This document shows, piece after piece, positions 12,335-25,329 of a DNA stretch of 60,000 nucleotides (positions within the stretch are counted from its first letter, which is position 1; each line of letters starts with the position of its first letter). The notes beneath the pieces were generated by a model. The model was not told the DNA's origin and searched no databases. It was given only the letters and a program-made list of their open reading frames with translations. Source of the stretch: Camelus dromedarius. Taxonomy: Eukaryota. The DNA is taken from NCBI RefSeq assembly GCF_036321535.1, contig NC_087436.1:119662001-119722000 (forward strand), in the 5' to 3' direction. The translations under genes were made by a program, and so were the position numbers.

Positions 12335-13004
12335 GCTACACTTGCACACCTGGGCCCCCTTGTCGCCTGCTCGGCGTCTTTCTCCTTCCGTGCTGGGTGG
12401 GGAGGTGTCCGCCTGTGGGCTCGGGGCACTTCACTAGCCCCTGCTGTTTGCCTTGGTGTCACCCACACCTCCGTGGACCCTCCTGCTTCAGACCCTCTGC
12501 CGCTAACCTGGGATGGGCCTGCGGTTTCCTACACAGACCCCGCTGGCACAGACGGGTCACCTCGTTCAGCCTTCCCGACATCTCTTCCTGGTGCGAAGCA
12601 CCATCATCACCCGTCTTGTAGAAGTGGGCACTGAAGTCTGGGCAGTCAGGCTACCTACCGGGGGATTTGAACCCAGGCTGCCGTCCTCTGGGCCCACATT
12701 TATGCTGATGGTGGGGGGCTGTGGGGGTTTGGAGGGCTTGTATTCCCAGCTCGCAGCCCATGGGAGGAGCTCGGGGGCGGATACTGTGTTGTGTGCTTCT
12801 CCATCAAGGCAGCGGACCTGCCCAGGGAGACAGGAGCTGTCCCCAGATGCCTCAGCAGCGGCCTTGGTGCCACCCCTCCCGGAACCCCTTCTGCCCCCCG
12901 CGACCTGCCCAGGCCTGTCCGTTCTTCGGGTGGAGGCTTAGCCCCGCAGCGTCCAGGAGGCGGTTGTGTGCCCGGCTGTCTCGTGATTCCTGGTTCTCCC
13001 CTAG

Positions 13005-13165
13005 TCATCATCTCACGTACTCTTCACCCCCTGTGGGTTCATGGCATCTTCCCCATTTTGCAGATGAGGACCCAAGACTCAGAGAGGAACACCCAGCTCT
13101 CTGTACCACTAGAGACGGAGCAGAGATCTGCTCCTGTGTCGGGCTGACTCTGAGGCCTGAGTGTC
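13005..13165 (-). mobile_element. MIR SINE
   Basis: CCCCATTTTGCAGATGAGGACCCAAGACTCAGAGAGG. Confidence 0.75.
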
Positions 13166-13599
13166 CACCGTTGGGCCTCCCAGCCTGCAGGGCGGGACAA
13201 GGGTTTCCCCTGATGCTCAGGCTGGAGCTGGCAGGGGTAGAAGGGTATTTGGGGGAAAGGCAGAAGGCCCCTCAGCTGTGCCCACTGCTGCTGCTACCTC
13301 CTGCCCACCCCTACTGCCCCTCTTCTGGCCCTGGAAGGCCCAGGGGGATGAGTGGAGGGTAGATGGCACACCTCCTGCCTGTCCCCTCCAAGACTCAGCA
13401 CACAGAGAGCCCAGATGCAGGAATTTATCTTTTCTCTGAGAGTGTCAGGGCGATGGGTAAGCATCGGGGAGAGGGGCTGCTTCTCTGGGTGCCCCAGGAC
13501 CTCCCAGCCCTGGCCCTTCCCCTCCATGTGGCTGCCCTCCGAGGGATGCCGTGAGGATGGAGGGGGCAATGTGAGGAAAAGCGTGTCACCACGTGCCTG

Positions 13600-13690
13600 C
13601 CAGGCCTTCACCACTGTGTCCCCAGCATCAGAGGGTCCTCAGCAGGTGTTTGTGAAGAGCGTGAATGAGTGAATGAATGGGTGGATGGGA
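13600..13690 (+). mobile_element. L2 LINE 3' end
   Basis: CACCACTGTGTCCCCAGCA...CTCAGCAGGTGTTTGTG...TGAATGAGTGAATGAATG tail. Confidence 0.65.
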
Positions 13691-14904
13691 ACTAAAATGA
13701 CTTCCCTGAATGCTCACTGGCTGTCCTGGAGGCGACGCACCGGCATAGTAACCCGAAACGAGGCGGGAACGCATTCTGCCCCCCGCAACAAGAGGCACAG
13801 TGAGAGAAAGGGAGCTTGCTCCAGTTCCAAGTGAGGGGACAGGGCGGTGGGGAGGCCACAACCAGGAAGGCTTCCTGGAAAAAGTGGCATTTTAGCAAGG
13901 CCTTGAAGGCTTAAGATGCTTGGAATTGCATTCCCTGCTGAGGCAACATCAAAAGCGAGTCTAGGGGAGGGACAGGCAGCTTGGTTGGCTGGGGTGTGTG
14001 AAGGGGTGGGGTGTGAGGGGGCAGCGGACCTGGGCCCGGATTGAGGTTGGAGCACAGTGGGAGGCTAAACCAGAAGATTCTGTGAGCCCGTGCCTGGCCA
14101 GGCTCTGTCTCGGGTCTGGGGTGGGAACAGGGGATACCCAGTGTCAGACCCCCAGAGCCTTCACCTTTGCCTCACCTGACAAGGAGCTGAAGGGTACAGG
14201 ACCTGCTTCGGAATTCCTGACTCCTCTCTCATGTCTCCATAACTGGGCACTGGGCTCCTCTCAGATCAAAATCTTTTACCTTCCTCACCTTTGCCCGCTA
14301 CGCAGCCTCCAGGAAGCCTCCTGGGTTGCACACCTGGGTCAGGCCCAGCCTCTGAGCTCCTGCAGCCTCTATCTTCGCTTCCTTCCCCAATCCCAGCCCT
14401 GATCCCAGCTCTCTGAGTGTGGTCACTGCCTCTGAGCTTGTGCGGCACCCGTTACACCAGGAATCCCACAGAGGAGCCCGTGGGGTGGCCCCGACGGGGT
14501 GTCAGCAGTGTCCAGCCCAGCCTGGCCCTAGGTGGGCTCTTTTGTTTGAGCCAGAGGGTGGCCTGTCCAGCAGGGGAGCCCTGGGCTGGCTACTCATTTC
14601 TGCATCTATCGAGCGATCCAGGATTAGCGACTGTCCCCCTCCCACCCTCCAGAGAGGCTGGCCTCACGAGGGGCCCCTGGCTTACGTCAGCCACGCGATG
14701 CCCAGACCTGCCCGCAGACCCCTGTTGGCTGGGTCGGTGGAAGACGGAGCTTCCCGTCTTGGCTCAGCTCGGGGTGCCTTCCTCTTCGCACGCGTGTGCT
14801 TGGATTTAGCTGGCGGTTAGTGCCTGCCCCACGTTACCTCTGCTCTAAGCATTCTTTAGATTAGGGGATGGGTCTCTGGTGGGTGGCTCCCCATTTCCTT
14901 CAGC

Positions 14905-15163
14905 ATCGTTTCCTGAGCTGAACTCTAAGTCACTGGGTTTAGGTTCTAGTAAGTGTTGGGGAAAGGGAAGCGGAGGAGCTGGGGAAGGTCCCACAGCCTC
15001 AGCTTGCCCTGCAGCCTTTAAAGGCTCTGACAAGTCCTGTAGTGAAGCCATGTATTAACTTTTACAGAGTGTCCCCCAAATTACTTGATCATGAAACCTT
15101 GGTTTTCCCTCCCACCCCAGGGCACCTGTCACATCTGTAGGACACACAGTTTGGAAAAAGCTG
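14905..15163. mobile_element. hAT-Charlie non-autonomous element (MER112/113-like)
   Basis: TTAAAGGCTCTGACAAGTCCTGTAGTGAAG, CCCAAATTACTTGATCATGAAACC and terminal CACAGTTTGGAAAAAGCTG. Confidence 0.55.
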
Positions 15164-16464
15164 ACTTACAGAGTAAAGTCCCTACTTACCTTCACTGTCC
15201 GCCTCCCTCTTTGTGTCCCAGGTACAGTGACAGGTGCTGGCACCGGCTGGGGGTTCTCTTACACTCCGTCCCCTTATGATCTCACGTAACTGGCGAGTGT
15301 GGCCTGCTCTGCTGTCTAACATGTTTTTAAGGCAGGTACTTGGTCCAGCTCACGAAGGCTGTGGGGACTGGCAATTCCTGTGTGGAGGATTTCAGATGGT
15401 GGAATTCAGAGGTTTCTCGAAAGAAGGACCTGGCTCCGGCAGCTCAGACCAGGCTCTGTGAGCGCCTCAGTGCACTTCACCCCTCTTTTGGGCCCAGGCA
15501 GGCCGTGCTGCTTCGTGAGTCAGTGTGTCGCTGGTCTGCCACGGCCCCCGTGGCCAAGGCGTGAGATCGTATTTATTGAACACAAATCAAGCGGCGGGAA
15601 TTTATTTCCCTGTCTGGCTATTACTCCCTCCTTCCTCCACCTCCCAGATTTATGAAACATGTGGATCTTCTCTTTAAACAATCCTTCAAAAGCTCTGACT
15701 TGCAAATTAGTTTCTTGAATGATCAGCTGTATATATTCTGCATTTAATACATTCAGTTATTAAGGAAGCAGCAGTTGCTTATTCAGTTACAGTCGATTGG
15801 GAATCAGGGTCCTCAGCAAACTGCCTGAGACACTGGCGTGAGAAATAATAAAAGGAAGAAATAGCCACTGAAGTGGCCTGCATCACCTGGTGGTGACAGA
15901 GGGTGTGGAGGCTGCGCCCGGCCAGGGTCCCTGTGAGCGTGGCCCGCCACGTGTCCCGACACTGCAAAGAAACTGGTGAACCAGCTGCCCAAGGTCCTTT
16001 TCATTTGATTTGTGTGGGTTGGAGAATTTGCATTATGTATAAAACGCAATTTGCGTTCCATTCCAGGAAGAAAACCAAACAATATTGATAAATATGTTTT
16101 ATGTGTCTACAAAATAGCAAGATTTAGGGGTCTTGGGAGTGGAGGTGTATAAGGAAATTAGCTTTATAAAAATGGTGTTAATGCAATGGGAAGGGGATAA
16201 TGAAAACTCCAAAAGCCCCAGCAGAAGTGCAGCATCTGATTGCACCTTCCTTCTCTCCAACCAGCCATTCTGGACCCAGCATTCAGGGGGTATCTCAAAG
16301 GCCACCTCCTCCAAGAAGCTCTCCTGATTTCTCTTTCTTCCTTTAGAAACTGTACAGCACTCCATTGTTATTCTTTGTCAGGAATAGCAGGAGATGCTGA
16401 TGCTCCTTCCTCCTTCCCTCCCTCCCTCTCTCCCTTCTTTCCTGCCTTCTATTCTTTGAACTTT

Positions 16465-16735
16465 GTTCATTCATTCATTCATTCATTCATTCTTCCATCC
16501 ATTCACCCATCCATCCACCCATCCACCCATCCATCCACCCATCCATCCATCCTCTCTCTGTCATCTGCCTATCCACATATTCATCCATCCACTTTTCCAC
16601 TGACCCTACTGTCCATCCACCCACAGTGCACTGTGGGCCTCCTCCTGTAGGCCATACCTGAGCTCTGGGACAGAGAAATAAAAAGACAGACACAAGTCCC
16701 TGTCCTCTCAGAGCTTTCAGTCTGGTATGAAGGAT
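16465..16735 (-). mobile_element. L2 3' end with expanded (TTCA)n/(TCCA)n microsatellite
   Basis: TTCATTCATT.../CCATCCACCC... array followed by GACAGACACAAGTCCCTGTCCTCTCAGAGCTTTCAGTCTGG. Confidence 0.75.
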
Positions 16736-16809
16736 GCAAAACAAGAGACAAACCAGCAAATAGGATTCCCAGGTAACTGTTGGTAGGGAGAGGTTCTACT
16801 AAGGAAATA

Positions 16810-17007
16810 CAGTTGACCCTTGAACAACACAGGTTTGCACTTCGTGGGCCCACTTATACGTGGCTTTTCTCCAGTGGTAAACAGTACAGTGGCACAGGTC
16901 TGCGGTGGGAGAAGCTGCGGTGCAGCGCTGTGCATAAGTTATCTGCGGGTTGTCGACCGTGCAAAGGGTGGGTGCCCCTAAGCCCCACGTTGTTCGGGGC
17001 TTAGCTG
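16810..17007. mobile_element. MER8/Tigger2-derived MITE (TcMar-Tigger)
   Basis: TA then left TIR CAGTTGACCCTTGAACAACAC; right end CGTTGTTCGGGGCTTAGCTG; internal CCACTTATACG. Confidence 0.85.
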
Positions 17008-18794
17008 TGCCTGCAAAGAGGTGGGCTGGATGCAGACTGGGGCTCTTTGGTGAGGAGGTCCAGGAGGGTCCCTGAGGAGAAGGCTGAGAGCGTGCGGCCA
17101 TCCTTCTGAGGGTTCCCGTGAGGGGACTGCCGGGCACATGGTGGGGGTCACCTCCAGGATGCCCCTTAGTAACTGTGGCCACAGAAACTGAATGGCGGTG
17201 GCTTACCATGTCGCTCCGACGGGTGGACTGGTGGGTGTGTGTCAGCACAGTGAGTCAGAAGAGCAAGACTGATGGTGCAGCTACTACATGCCCCGTGCGG
17301 GCCTGGCCAAGACCAGGGGGATCTCAGCTGGGGCTGATGTACCCAGGGACTGTGGCCGCCAGGAGCCCCCTCGTATACCCTGGCCAAGAAGAAGGTTCTG
17401 GATTGTCCTTGTGTGGGTGGGGACTATCTCTGCCCCCGGTGTTGCCCCTCAAGGCCATGCTGTGTGGAGGAAGGATAGTCTGCCCCCAGCCTCTCCACTG
17501 ACCAGTGACCCTGGATGTGTTCTGGAACTTTCCTGAGTCTTAGCTTCCTTTTCAGGGAGACCTTCCAAGGACTCAGGTGGCGGATCAGGCATGTGTGCTC
17601 CCTGTAGCCTCCTCCTCCTCCTGTCCCCGCCCAGCCCGGCCATGGGCTCCTTCTGCCTCCAGACTCCACTCCCCTGTCACTTCTGCAGCTGGCCCCGTGA
17701 CCTGGCCTTCTGGTGCCAGCGTCCTGGGATGAGTGAATGTCACCACCCCCCAGCCTGAAATAGGCAGCCACACAGGCTCCCCTGACCCCCCTGTTCCCCT
17801 CAGCAGCAGCCAATCTGCTAAATTTTCTCCTGGTTCTCCTGCAGACGATCCTGCCTGCAGCCAGGTACCCCTGTGTGCCTGGCCCAGGTCCCAGGGTGGT
17901 GGGAGACTGTTTCCTCAAAGTGGGCATGGCTAGGCTGTTGGAGGGCCATGGTGGCAGAGCTGGAGAAGGGCGAGTGTGGACCATGGCGGCTGGGGGCTAC
18001 TTCGCCAACCCTCCCCAGGCTTCGGGGCCTGCACCCTTAGAATGGTGTCCGAAGAGGCTCACACAGTGACTTTCGAGGGTGCGCTGAGCCCGGGCCCCGC
18101 GTTCTCCCTTCCCTCCTCTGTAAGATGACAAGGCAGGGTTGCACGACCCCCATTTCACGGGTCGGGGCCGGTTCACACCGCTTGCAGGCAGGAGCACAGG
18201 CTTTCAGGCCGCGGGGTCCTGGGGGTGTCCCGGGAGACCCAGGAGGCTCAGTGGGCAAGGCTCTCGGTGCCTCCCAAGAAGCCTGTGCAGGACAGACGTG
18301 GCCTCCACCTGCAGGGACATCTGGGGATCGGTGTCTGAGGGTGAGCCAGGAAGGCCTTTTGTCCCTTTCCCACGCTGGGAAAGCCTTGGTCAATAGGAGG
18401 CCTCGTACCTGGGCGGGAGGGCAAAGCTGACTCCCAGTCTGTGCATCTGGGGTCTTATTCTGCCTTCCAGCCAGGATCTGGGGCCTCACGGCCCTCGCTC
18501 AGCTGCGTTGTGGAGGTGAAGGGGATCAGGGCCTGCCTTCAGGCCTCAGGACAGAGCCTTGACGTTCTTGGGAAAGTGACTCAGCCAGCCCCTGTGGGAT
18601 TTTGTCGTCTGAGTTGGAGGTGCTCTGGATAGTCCTGGGGCTGGAATCTTTGCCCCCTGGGGTTCCGGGGACTTGTCCCAACAGTTAACACATTTACCTG
18701 CCCTTCCTAGAACACCACAGAGGAAGGAATGGGGCCTGGGAACCAGAGGTTCCAGACCCAGGATTGAACTGAATGGAATCACATTACACCAGCA

Positions 18795-18900
18795 AGCCTC
18801 GGTTTCCTTATCTGTGAAATGGGCTAGTAACCCTGAAAGGAGCAGATGCGTGTGTGGGGAATACTCAGAGCGCTGTGAATACTCAGCGTCAGCTGCATGA
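18795..18900 (+). mobile_element. MIR fragment
   Basis: AGCCTCGGTTTCCTTATCTGTGAAATGGG. Confidence 0.7.
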
Positions 18901-19325
18901 GCGGTGAGAGGTTTCCAGTCGTCCACTGGAATCTGTAGTGAGGCCGACCACCTGGTGAAGCCACGTCCCCGCCCTGGTTGCCGCGTCCTCACCTGTGGAA
19001 AAGCCTGTAATTCTGGTTCTGTGACTGCTGTGTTGGAAACTGGGCAGGATGCTGACCCTGGGGTCTGTCATCTTCCCCATGGTCCTGGGAGGGAGCTGGC
19101 CGTGTCCTGTCCTGGTTGGGGACCTGCTGTGTGTGACCTCGGCAGGGACTTCACGTGGTCTCCCAGCTCCAGGATTCTCCCGCACGTGGACGAGGAGCCC
19201 TGTGAGCAGCCAGTTTCACGAAACCCATCCTCTCTGCTGATGGCGCTTCGAGGCAGCCATGGCCAGGGGCGAGGCCGGTCCTGCTTCGTCTGGTCTCGTT
19301 CTCCCGTGTCGGATTCTGGGCGGAA

Positions 19326-19742
19326 TGTGTTCTTTCCCTAAATGTGGCCGCAAAGTGCCACAGACCCTGCAGTTTAAACAGCAGGAGTTTATTCTCGGTG
19401 TTCTGGAGGCTGAAGTCCAAAATCAAGTTGTCGCAGGGCGGGGCACCCTCCGGAGGCTCCAGGGATGGTCCTTGCTGCCTCTTTCAGCTTCCGATGGCCC
19501 CATGTGCTCCTGGGCTTGTGGCTGCATCATCCCAGTCTCTGCCTCCATCCTCACATGGTCTCCTCTGTCTCTTACAGGACACTTGTCATGGGACTTGGGG
19601 TCCGCCCAGGAGATCCAGGATGATCTAACCCTCGAGATCCTTCACTAACACCTGCCAAAACCCTTTGTCCAAATCGGGTCACCTGGCAGGATGAGGGTCT
19701 TAGGAAGTGGACACGTGTTGGGGGGCACTGGCCCACCTCAGG
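19326..19742 (-). mobile_element. MLT1C-like solo LTR
   Basis: TTTAAACAGCAGGAGTTTATTCTC..TTCTGGAGGCTGAAGTCCAAAATCAAG, ATCCAGGATGATCT, CTGCCAAAACCCTTTGTCCAAAT. Confidence 0.85.
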
Positions 19743-22700
19743 ACCTCATTGTCTCCCCCAAGGGCAGGGGGCCGGCTCCGTGCTGTCTTTGTTCTCAGCC
19801 CAGGACCAGGGCCAAGGCTGCAGTTGTTTGTGGAAAAACAGACTCCTCCCCGCTTCCTCCTCCCATCACTGGGCAGTGGTCTCAGGGGACCCACCCTGCA
19901 TTTCTCCCGTTGCTGGAGCTCCGTGCCCCACTCTCTGAGCCCCTGCAGAGCTGTGTGTGTGGGGTGGGAGTGGGGGGCTTTCCTGCCATCCACAAGTTGG
20001 GTCTCAGCTCACCCCTACAGCGTACGCTCTCCCGGGCTCCCCACCGTCAGGGCTGCAGAGGGGATGGTGGCCTGGCCTGGGTGGATGGCTTGGTGGCTCA
20101 GGGTTCCTCCGGGGAAGGCTCTGGACTCAGTGGCCGAAGAGTCTGAGATCTGGTCTCGATTTTGGGAATGACTGTGAATGAAACGGGAGGCTGAAGCCTC
20201 CTCCTCTCCTCCCCTTCCCTCTCCCCTCCCCTCTCCCTCATTCTTTCCTTCTTTTAAGGGACCTTTGCTTAGCACCTTCCATGCACCCTGCAACCTGAAC
20301 TTGCTCAGGATGATCTCAGATCATCTCCTGGGATGTGTCTAAAGATGACCCAGAAATAGCCATTCCTACTCAAAGCAGCACTGGGACCTCTTTCTTTCTC
20401 TCCGCAACCAGTCTGCTGTGATTCATTCATTCATTCAGCAAATACTCCCTGTGCGCTGGTGTGTGCTGGGTCCCAGCCTGGTTACCTGGGTGTGGAGATG
20501 ACAAGACCTGCCCTTCAGCTGGTCTCACCTCCCGCATCCTCAGGGCCGGCTCAGACGCCACCTCCCCCAGGACGCCTTCTCTGATTGCCCAGGACATGTG
20601 GTTATGGTCCCTCCCACCCTGCTGCTTTGGATCTCAGTCAAGACACCAGTCACCTTCTGCCTCAGTTGTCCAGTGTTGCTCTGTTAAGCCTAAAACGCCA
20701 GAGCCAGGCTGCCTGCACTCAAGTCCCAGCTCGGCTCCTTGTGCTGGGGCATTAGGCAAGGTCATGACCCCGCTGGAGCCCCGGTTTCGTCCTACAGACA
20801 GTGGCTCCTCACCATGTCTGGCTCAACTCATGGGGTGTCCTGAAGATTCTGTGAGGGGAGGCGTAGCAGGCTGGGGTGTTGACGGGAGGGCCAGCAAGCG
20901 TGGCTAGTGTCGGGACCCGCACAGGGCTGCAGCCCCCACAGAGCACTGAGTAGTTTCTCAGTAAATGTGTTTTGACCGAATGAATGGGTTAATAAACAAG
21001 CACCTCCTTCCTAATTTAGCTGGAAGATTATTACCACGAGGGACAGACAAAGGGATCGTCAGAAACGAGTGGGGGTTCCTTTCCTCTCAGCCTTTAAAGT
21101 GTTTTTCTAGCATTACTACGGCTGCTAACATTTTCCCCCTTTTCGCCTGAGTGGTGTGTTAAATTCATGGATGTTTATTTCAATTCTTGGCACAAAACAC
21201 CTGCTTAATCAGGGGCAGAGCCTGGGCTCCTTGGAGAAGCCCCCACCGGGTTTTCCAGCTCTGGGGGTCCCGTTCTGAGGGAGGTGGGGACAGACTTCCC
21301 ACATCTGGTCCTGGCAGCCTCCGTGATGGACACTTGTTGGATAAAGGAAGGAAAGATTGAACAGATGAAAAGAACAGCTCGTCTCAGGCACAGGGGCTGT
21401 CAGTCTGTCCATCCATCCAAACGTAACAGGAGCAGCAGCTGCTGGCGAAGGCCTCCCTTTGTGGCCGCTTCACAGGTAGGTGACCTTTACGTCCAGGAAA
21501 GTTGACAAACCATCTGCCTCGGGTGCGTGGGAGCCAGCTGGCGCCAGCCGTGCAGAGAAGGGGCTTTCTGGGAGGGGCCCTGATTGTCTACACAGCCTGA
21601 CGCCTGAACCAAGTAGGGGGCCTGGCCCCCTGCAGCGCCCTCAGGTCTTCTGCTGCAGGGCGGCCCCTGGTCTTGGAGGGCCCCCGAGACTCGGGGCCCT
21701 GGATGGGGCAACGTTGCAGGTCTGCAGGGGGAAGGGGGCTGAACAAGCAGCCTTGCTGTCCTCCAGCAACCCCCCGGGGGGTCCTGGCACGCTGTTTAGA
21801 GGACGTGTTCTTTCTTCACACGGCCACTTCCCTCAGTGGGGAGCTCCTGGGTGAAGGTTGTTTCTCTGGAAGGAGATGATAATTTGTGCAAACGGACAGC
21901 TCCCCGTTTGTCCACATACCAGTCTGTCAGTCACTCTCCCTTTCCGCCCATCTGTCAAGTTATGGGCGCCGGCTCACTGAAGGCGTTGGCGCCCAGGGCA
22001 GACAGGGTCACGGGTCATCGTTAGTAGCAGTGACAGCAGTGGCTGAGGGCCAGCGGCAGGCACAGCTGTGCAGCGAGTGAGGACTCATGCCGTCCTCAGG
22101 TGCTTCCTGATGGACGAGTTGGGGCCTGGTTGTGATTGAAGGAAGCTGAGAAGAACCAAGGAAGTCTTCTTGGAGGAGGTGATGCTGGAACTGTGTCTTA
22201 CCCTATGTAGAGGGTAACAAGCCCGTGGGCTTCAAGGGAGAGAGATCAGCGTGAGGTGGGGTCTAGAGGAGACCAACCCCCCAGCCAGGGGCATGTTGGG
22301 GAGGAGTAGCAGATGATGGCTGAGTTAGAATGTCAGTGAGGAGGAAGGGCAGATGAGGCGGATACTCATGGCATTCTAGGATGGAGGGGGATTCATGAAG
22401 CAGAGGGAGGGAGAGGGGAGGCAGGACTTAGGCTGGGACTCCAGGGAGAGTGGGTGCAGGGATCCAGGAGGCCTGGCCTGGCAGGAAGACTTCTGGAAGC
22501 AGAGGGGTCGGGACCTTGGCAGAGGGGAGGCTGAGGTGGAGGGGAACAGAATCCAGGAGTTCCGTTGGCGTTGACTCAACATCCACCTTCTGGAACACCA
22601 CCTCTGCCAGGCCCTGCCCTGGGCTGGCTGACAGTCCCCAGGGCTGCTGGAGCTGACATCCGGGTGCTGGGGCAAGGGCCAGATGACACGGGGTGCTGCA

Positions 22701-22844
22701 GTGTCCTGGGAGGGTGGCACTGTCATTCTCTGAAACAGCAGAGCAGCTGGGGCAAAGGGAGACTGGGGGACAGTGCGGGGCCGATGCGGGGTAGGGGTGG
22801 AGCAGTGTTGACTGGGCTCCATGGCACCCTGGCCTGATGAGGAG

Positions 22845-23288
22845 GGTAGTGAGTTGAACGGTGTCCCCCAGAGAGATGCATCCCTGTTCCAGCCCCGGTG
22901 CCAGCATGTGAGCTTGTTTGGAAACAGGGTCTTTGCAGAAGGAATCACATTAAAGGTCTTGCAGTGACATCATCCAGGCTCATGTCAGTGAGTGGTGTCC
23001 TTACCCGGGAAAGGAGACAGAGGTTTGAGAGACAGAGACACTCCAGGAAGGAGACGAGGGTGGAGGCGGGAGGGGTGTGGCCGGAAGTCGAGGAACGTGG
23101 AAGGTCACTGGGGCCCTTGGAACGAGGAGAAGCCTGGAACTGGTCCTCCCCAGCGCCTCCTGCGGAGCCAGCACTGACGACACCTGGATTTCTGCTCGTC
23201 TCCAGAACTGTGAGGAAAAGCAGTTTTTGTTGCCTGAGCCCCCTGGTTGGTGGTGATGGGGACAGCAGCTGCAGGACAGAGCCATACT
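22845..23288 (+). mobile_element. MLT1C-like solo LTR
   Basis: GTAGTGAGTTGAACGGTGTCCCCCA, TTTGGAAACAGGGTCTTTGCAGA, CTCCAGAACTGTGAG. Confidence 0.85.
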
Positions 23289-24229
23289 GGGGACTTCTCG
23301 TGCAGGGACACCTGTGGATGCCGGTGGCGGATGAACGGTGGTGGCAGAGCCGGCTGCCGGGGGCAGAGTGCGCTCGCTCGCGTGGGTGGGCGCACCGCGC
23401 AGGCGCACCATGTTCCAGCAATATCTCGGCTCCCTCCTGGCGCGGTCACCCTGGCAGCGATTGCCCAGCGGGTTGATCTAAACTCCAGCAGGCAGAGCGC
23501 CGGCAGCACCCTGTGCCAGTCCTGTCCGCACATGCGATGCGGCCATCCAGCGCGGGACCCCGACCCCTCCCTCTGTCCCTCTGACCCAGAACTTGGTGGT
23601 CCTGCCTGAGTTCGCCTTCAGGCCCCACTCCCACATCTCTGCCAAGTTGGATGTTTTTAAAGTCACGTCTGGGGACTAATGGTTGCTGAGAAAATTCTTG
23701 CTTGGAACACTTAACCTAAAATTAAAATGTGCCTTTCCATGAAAAAACGACCCTTCTGAGATCCAACAGCCTTCCTTAAAGCCACTGTCGAGGAGGTGAA
23801 GGCCAAAATAGAGATTTGATTTTCTTTTTGTGAAGTGTTTTACCAAATGTAAAATAAGTAGATAGAAATTTCAGGACGCCAAGGGGAAAAAAACTATTTT
23901 TTTGAGTTAGAAGCATACACTCCACTGGGGAATGAAGTTCATGGTTGGAAACCCAAACCCTCTGCACTGACCACACACCACCCCCACCTCAGCCCGCCTT
24001 CCTCCTGGGCACAGGGCACCAAAGGGTTTTCCTCTCCAGAGCCCATCCAGTCATTCATTCATCAGCTCACTCATTCATTCATGCCTGGGCCTGATGCTGT
24101 CATGTGCACGGGCAGACATTTAGAAGAGTGAAGCCCAGTTCTTGCTAAGGGAACTGGGTGTTTCCATGACAACAACAGGCCAAACTCCAAATGCTGAGGC
24201 TTCTGCAGAAAGTCTGTGTTGGAGGAAGG

Positions 24230-24852
24230 TGGCATTGTGACAGCCTCCCAGCTGGTCTCCCTGCTCCTGCCCTGGTCCATTTGGTCTGCTCTGCACTCAG
24301 CAGCCAAAGGGACCCTGTGAAGACATTAGCCTTTGCTCCGAGGGTGTCACTGCTCTGCTCTGAGCTTTCCCTGAACTCCCCAGTTCTCTCAGAAAAAGAG
24401 TCACTTGATCCCAGTGGACCACAAGGCCCTATGGGGTCCAGTCTTCGCCTCTTGCTCTGCTCCCTCCCAGCCACACTGGCCTGCTCGTTACTACTTGAAT
24501 CTTCCAGAAAGGACCTGGTGTCAGTGGTCTCTGCCTTTGCATGTGTAATTTCTCCAGCCTGGACTGCCCCCTCCAGATGGCCACAGGCCTCCCCTCCCCC
24601 TCCTCTGGAGCTGTACCCTAATGCTGCCTTCTCAGGCCGGTCTCCCTGGCCACCCCATCTGGAATGTCAGCACCCAGCCCTTCTTGTACTTCTTCCCGAT
24701 GGCTTCATTCCAGAGCACTTGTTTTCTTTGGGGCTCCCCCTCTAGAATGCGAACTCCAGGAGGGCAGGACTCTGCCTGTTTTGTTTGCTGTGGCTTCCTC
24801 AGTGCCTGGGACAGGGCTTGGCATGTAGTAGGTGCTGAACAGATGATGAATA
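24230..24852 (+). mobile_element. L2 LINE 3' segment
   Basis: CAGCCTCCCAGCTGGTCTCCCTGC, CCAGCCACACTGGCCT, CTAGAATGCGAACTCCAGGAGGGCAGG, TGGCATGTAGTAGGTGCT. Confidence 0.85.
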
Positions 24853-24854
24853 GC

Positions 24855-25100
24855 CTGAGGTCTTGAAGGGAGAAAAGGAGTCTTCTAGCTGGAGAAGAGC
24901 TGGGAGAACAGAATGTGCAAAGAGCCTGAGGCAGGAAAGAGCATGTGTTCAGGGAAGAGGGCGGGGTGGGCCCTGGTTGGGAGACTGAGGATGCAGGGGC
25001 CAGTCAGGAGGGTGATAGGCTCTGGGTGTTTGGTAAGAAGTCTTGACCTTACCCAGAGGGTGGAGTCAGCATATGGAAGTGTGTGAGCATATGCTGAGGT
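24855..25100 (-). mobile_element. L2 fragment
   Basis: GAACAGAATGTGCAAAGAGCCTGAGGCAGGAAAGAGCATG. Confidence 0.6.
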
Positions 25101-25329
25101 CGCGTGGATGGGGGTGGGAGGCGTCTCTGTGATTTACCAGAGTCCCCTTTGCCACCATTATTAACCATTTCTACCTCAGGTGCAAGTCCATTTTAAAGGG
25201 CTCCATTCTCAGGACCACGGGATGGTATGAAAGGCTGGCAGGGGGTTGGTCTTAATGAGGCGAGGTGGGATGCCAGCAAGAAGAAGAAACAGCAATCTTA
25301 GCCTTGCTGTGTTTAAGCATTTCAGATGC

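Noticed and set aside
19326..23288. Two MLT1C copies in opposite orientation as a dsRNA source
   Set aside because: Both are heavily and independently diverged, so extended pairing is unlikely
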